This document shows positions 60,533 through 64,000 of a DNA stretch of 64,000 bases, in pieces. The DNA is from Clostridiales bacterium (GTDB lineage Bacteria > Bacillota > Clostridia > Lachnospirales > Lachnospiraceae), in contig JAJQBI010000049.1 in NCBI GenBank assembly GCA_021203365.1, forward strand, positions 63,383 to 127,382. Reading direction: 5' to 3'. A program made the position numbers and the translations under genes. The notes beneath the pieces were generated by a model. That model was not told the DNA's origin. It worked only from the letters and a program-made list of their open reading frames with translations, and ran no database searches. How positions within the stretch are numbered: position 1 is the stretch's first letter; the number at the start of each line of letters is the position of its first letter.

Positions 60533-61233
60533 GAATTTTTTACCTCAAATTTGTAGCCAATGCCCCAGACGGTGGCCAGAGACCAGCCGGGGTGATCCTT
60601 TATTTTTTCCCGGAGACGTTTGATATGCACATCCACGGTGCGGATATCCCCGACATACTCATACCCCCAGATATGATCCAGGAGCTGCTCTCTTGTGAAG
60701 ACCTGGTTGGGGGAGGAGGCCAGGAAGTAGAGAAGCTCCAGCTCCTTGGGAGGCATGTCCACCTGTTTTCCCATATAAGTCACAGAATAATTGGTCAGAT
60801 TGATCGTCAGATCCGGATAGGAGACACATTTTTCCGCGGAAGCGGCGTCCGGCTTTTTTACCTGGAAGCGGCGCAGGACGGCGCGTACTCTGGCCACCAG
60901 CTCTTTGGCGTCGAAGGGCTTGATGATGTAGTCGTCCGCGCCCAGCTCCAGTCCCAGGACTTTGTCAAAGGTCTCTCCCTTGGCAGAAAGCATGATGATG
61001 GGAACGTCGGAGGTATGCCGGATTTCCCGGCAGACCTGGTAGCCGTCTATTCCCGGCAGCATCAGATCCAGCAGAATCAGATCCGGGCGAAAGATTCGGA
61101 ATTCCCGAAGCGCCTGCTCTCCGTCGTTTACAATTTTGGTCTCAAAGCATTCCTTTGTCAGGTACAGAGCCACCAGCTCCGCGATGTTGTTGTCGTCGTC
61201 TACAATTAAAATTTTCTGTTTTACAGCTGTCAT
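60529..61233 (-). CDS. OmpR-family response regulator
   Basis: IVDDD, LDLMLPG, GADDYIIKPF, TVWGIGY. Confidence 0.94.
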   Translation of the reverse strand: MTAVKQKILIVDDDNNIAELVALYLTKECFETKIVNDGEQALREFRIFRPDLILLDLMLPGIDGYQVCREIRHTSDVPIIMLSAKGETFDKVLGLELGADDYIIKPFDAKELVARVRAVLRRFQVKKPDAASAEKCVSYPDLTINLTNYSVTYMGKQVDMPPKELELLYFLASSPNQVFTREQLLDHIWGYEYVGDIRTVDVHIKRLREKIKDHPGWSLATVWGIGYKFEVKNS

Positions 61234-61329
61234 GACAGATTCCCCCTTTATGTTCTGCCTCAGATGCGCAGTCTTTCAGCTGCAGGTTTATGGGTCCATA
61301 TGATATCTGCAATGTTATTCGGAATTCGC

Positions 61330-61357
61330 TCATTTGGGCTGATACATTAGCCCAAAT
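61330..61357 (-). terminator. Hairpin downstream of mutS2
   Basis: CATTTGGGCT-N8-AGCCCAAATG; no clear U tail. Confidence 0.5.
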
Positions 61358-61369
61358 GGCTACTACATA

Positions 61370-63751
61370 TTATTTTTTGAATTCCACGATGGTTACGCCG
61401 GCATCTCCCTCCCCGAAAGCGCCAAGCCGGAAGGATTCCACATGCTTCTGGCGCTTCAGATAATTGTGTACGCCCTTTCGCAGGGCACCGGTTCCCTTGC
61501 CGTGGACGATGCGGACCTGGTTCAGGTGAGCCAGGTAGGCGTCGTCCAGATATTTGTCCAGTTCGGCGATGGCCTCATCCACAGTTTTTCCGAGAAGATT
61601 GATCTCGGAGGAGACGGCGGCAGATTTGGACATGCGGATTTTTCCGGCGCCGGTGCGGGAAAGGCCCGGAGACTGGATCACCGGGTCGTCGATCAGCTCC
61701 AGATCCGAAATATTTACCTTGGAGCGCAGAATCCCGGTCTGCACAAACAGGTTTCCCTTTGAGTCCGGGCGGCTGCCTACGGTTCCCTTCAGATTCAGGC
61801 TGAGGATGCGGACGGAGTCCCCAAGCTTCAGATCGGAGGGTTTCAGCTCTTTTTTGGGCTTCCTGGCGGAAGACTGAATAGACAGGCTGCTTTCCTTTTT
61901 GGACATTTCCTCCCGAAGCTTCTGACGTTCTTTTTCCACGGCAGACAAATCCACATGGTCCTTCTGAAATCTGCGGAAAAGCTTCATGGTCTGGTCGGCG
62001 TAATCTCTGGCCTCCTTCAGGATCCCATGGGCCTGCTCGTTGGCCTGGCGCAGTATTTTCTCCCGGCTTTCCTCCAGGCGTTTCTCCTGGCTTTCCAGGC
62101 GCTTTTTCTGGGCCGCGATTTCGTCCTTGTAACGGGCGATTTCTGCACGTTCATTTTCAATGGTCACCCGGCTGTTTTCCAGGGAGGTGAGAACATCCTC
62201 AAAGGATTCATCCTGCTCGCTGATCTGTTCCTTCGCCTTTTCAATGATGAAATCCGGAAGACCCAGACGGGAGGAGATGGCGAAGGCGTTGCTTTTTCCG
62301 GGGACGCCGATGAGCAGACGGTAGGTGGGACGCAGGGTTTCCACGTCGAATTCACAGCAGGCATTTTCCACACCCGGGGTGGACAGGGCGTAAACCTTCA
62401 GCTCACTGTAGTGGGTGGTGGCCATGGTCCGGATTCCCCGCTCGTGGAGGTAGGACAGAATGGAAATGGCCAGAGCCGCCCCCTCGGTAGGGTCTGTTCC
62501 GGCGCCCAGCTCGTCGAAGAGCACCAGGGAATTCCGATTCGCTTTCTGCAGGAAGGAAACTACGTTGGTCATATGGGAGGAAAAGGTGCTCAGAGACTGT
62601 TCAATGCTCTGTTCATCTCCTATATCTGCGTAGATTTCCTGAAAAACAGAAAGCTGGGAGCGGTCAGCGGCCGGGATGTGAAGCCCCGCCTGGCCCATCA
62701 TGGTGAGAAGCCCCGTGGTTTTCAGAGAGACTGTTTTTCCGCCGGTATTGGGGCCGGTGACCACCAGAAGGTCGAAGTCATCGCCCAGCCGCAGGTCGAT
62801 GGGCACGGCCTTTTTTTTCTCCAGAAGGGGGTGGCGTGCCTTTTTCAGGGAAATCCGTCCCTCCGTGTTGAAAATGGGTTCCGTGGCGTTCATGGACATG
62901 GCCAGGGAGGCCCTGGCAAAGATGAAATCAAGCTTAACCATCAGATCCAGGTCCAGACGGACAGTGGGAAGCTCCTGTGCGGTTTCCTGGCTCAGCCTGG
63001 CCAGGATGGCTTCGATTTCTTTTTCCTCCTTTAATTCCAGTTCCCGGATATCGTTGTTCAGTTTTACCACGGCCATGGGCTCAATAAAAAGGGTGGCTCC
63101 GGTGGAGGACTGGTCATGGATCATTCCGGGAATCTGGCTCTTGTATTCCGCCTTCACAGGGATGCAGCATCTTCCGTCCCGCATGGTGATTACCGCGTCC
63201 TGAAGGTAATTCCGGGCACTGCCGTTTACCATGGACGCAAGCTGGCTGTGTACCCGGTCGTTGGCGGTCCGGATACTTCTGCGGATCTGCCGCAGGCCGG
63301 CGCTGGCGTCGTCGCTGATTTCATCCTCAGACACAATGCATCTGCGGATTTCGGAGGAAAGGCCTGTGAGAGGCTCCAGAGCCTCAAACATATCGTCCAG
63401 ACAATCCCGGTCCGTTTCCTCCCGGCCGCTGCGGGAATAGGCCTTCACTCTTCCGGTATTTTCCAGAAGCCCGCAGATGGCCAGAAGCTCCGGGATTCCC
63501 AGGGAGCTTCCTACCTCCAGCCGCATAAGGGATCCGCGGATGTCCCGGACACTGCCGAAGGAAATGCCCCCTTTTCTGAACAGTCTTGACAGTGCGTCCC
63601 GGGTCTGCGCCTGGAGGCTTCGGATCTCCTCCACGTCCAGGGAGGGCATCAGATTGCGGCATAGCTCTTTTCCCATGGGGGAGGAGGCTTTTTCCGCCAG
63701 CATTTCCGTGATTTTATTGTATTCCAGTGCTTTATATGCTTTCTGATTCAT
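61370..63751 (-). CDS. mutS2: Endonuclease MutS2
   Basis: TGPNTGGKT, QSLSTFSSH, FDELGAGTDP, C-terminal Smr domain HGKGTG. Confidence 0.96.
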   Translation of the reverse strand: MNQKAYKALEYNKITEMLAEKASSPMGKELCRNLMPSLDVEEIRSLQAQTRDALSRLFRKGGISFGSVRDIRGSLMRLEVGSSLGIPELLAICGLLENTGRVKAYSRSGREETDRDCLDDMFEALEPLTGLSSEIRRCIVSEDEISDDASAGLRQIRRSIRTANDRVHSQLASMVNGSARNYLQDAVITMRDGRCCIPVKAEYKSQIPGMIHDQSSTGATLFIEPMAVVKLNNDIRELELKEEKEIEAILARLSQETAQELPTVRLDLDLMVKLDFIFARASLAMSMNATEPIFNTEGRISLKKARHPLLEKKKAVPIDLRLGDDFDLLVVTGPNTGGKTVSLKTTGLLTMMGQAGLHIPAADRSQLSVFQEIYADIGDEQSIEQSLSTFSSHMTNVVSFLQKANRNSLVLFDELGAGTDPTEGAALAISILSYLHERGIRTMATTHYSELKVYALSTPGVENACCEFDVETLRPTYRLLIGVPGKSNAFAISSRLGLPDFIIEKAKEQISEQDESFEDVLTSLENSRVTIENERAEIARYKDEIAAQKKRLESQEKRLEESREKILRQANEQAHGILKEARDYADQTMKLFRRFQKDHVDLSAVEKERQKLREEMSKKESSLSIQSSARKPKKELKPSDLKLGDSVRILSLNLKGTVGSRPDSKGNLFVQTGILRSKVNISDLELIDDPVIQSPGLSRTGAGKIRMSKSAAVSSEINLLGKTVDEAIAELDKYLDDAYLAHLNQVRIVHGKGTGALRKGVHNYLKRQKHVESFRLGAFGEGDAGVTIVEFKK

Positions 63752-64000
63752 AATGACTCCTTTTCGCTCTTCCGGTTTCAGAAAGGCGTTGACCCAACAT
63801 CATGTGATTTTTCGCTTCAAGCATTATATCATGGCGGAACGCATAATTCAATTCAAATGGTTTGCCTTCATATTTCCTGTGTGATTTTCGTAGCCATGGA
63901 AGGAAAAATATGTTATGATACTGGTCAGAATATCAAAGGACAGGCAGGACTCACCTTCAGGCGGTGCGGACCGGAAGGCTCCTGTCCGGAAAGGCAGAAT

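Noticed and set aside
15538-63751. RqcP/YabO, the NYN-GTPase and MutS2 as a ribosome-rescue cluster
   Set aside because: They are more than 15 kb apart in unrelated operons; co-occurrence in the window is likely chance.

Overview
A 64 kb stretch of chromosome from a spore-forming Clostridia bacterium; gene content and order suggest Lachnospiraceae (inference). It is mostly core genome: clpX-lspA-tRNA-Leu, carAB, uppP, glpK, cotS-pgm-hup-yabO-yabP-yabQ-divIC-spoIIE-tilS-hpt-ftsH, a GH13 glycosidase, fba, metY, carD, an Mgl-type sugar ABC operon with a YesMN-type two-component system, greA, galE, an OmpR/kinase pair and mutS2. Accessory patches are interleaved: (i) ~10.2-12.0 kb, an AAA-ATPase fragment plus an intact ATPase/PD-(D/E)xK gene; (ii) ~27.5-32.6 kb, MATE, a frameshifted PucR regulator, a UroD/MtaA-like methyltransferase and a CobW GTPase; (iii) ~35.1-36.9 kb, gene fragments including a 5'-truncated AbiD/AbiF HEPN gene followed by a candidate small RNA with its own promoter and terminator; (iv) ~39.9-42.2 kb, PhzF debris, TetR and a nitroreductase in place of the 3' part of a P-type ATPase. 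Best leads are the TetM-like GTPase fused to a Rae1/YacP NYN RNase, the AbiF-associated RNA, a C-rich sRNA candidate after ftsH, and the homopolymer frameshift in the PucR regulator. No CRISPR array, rRNA, integrase or transposase was seen. All assignments come from motif recognition by eye; no searches were run.
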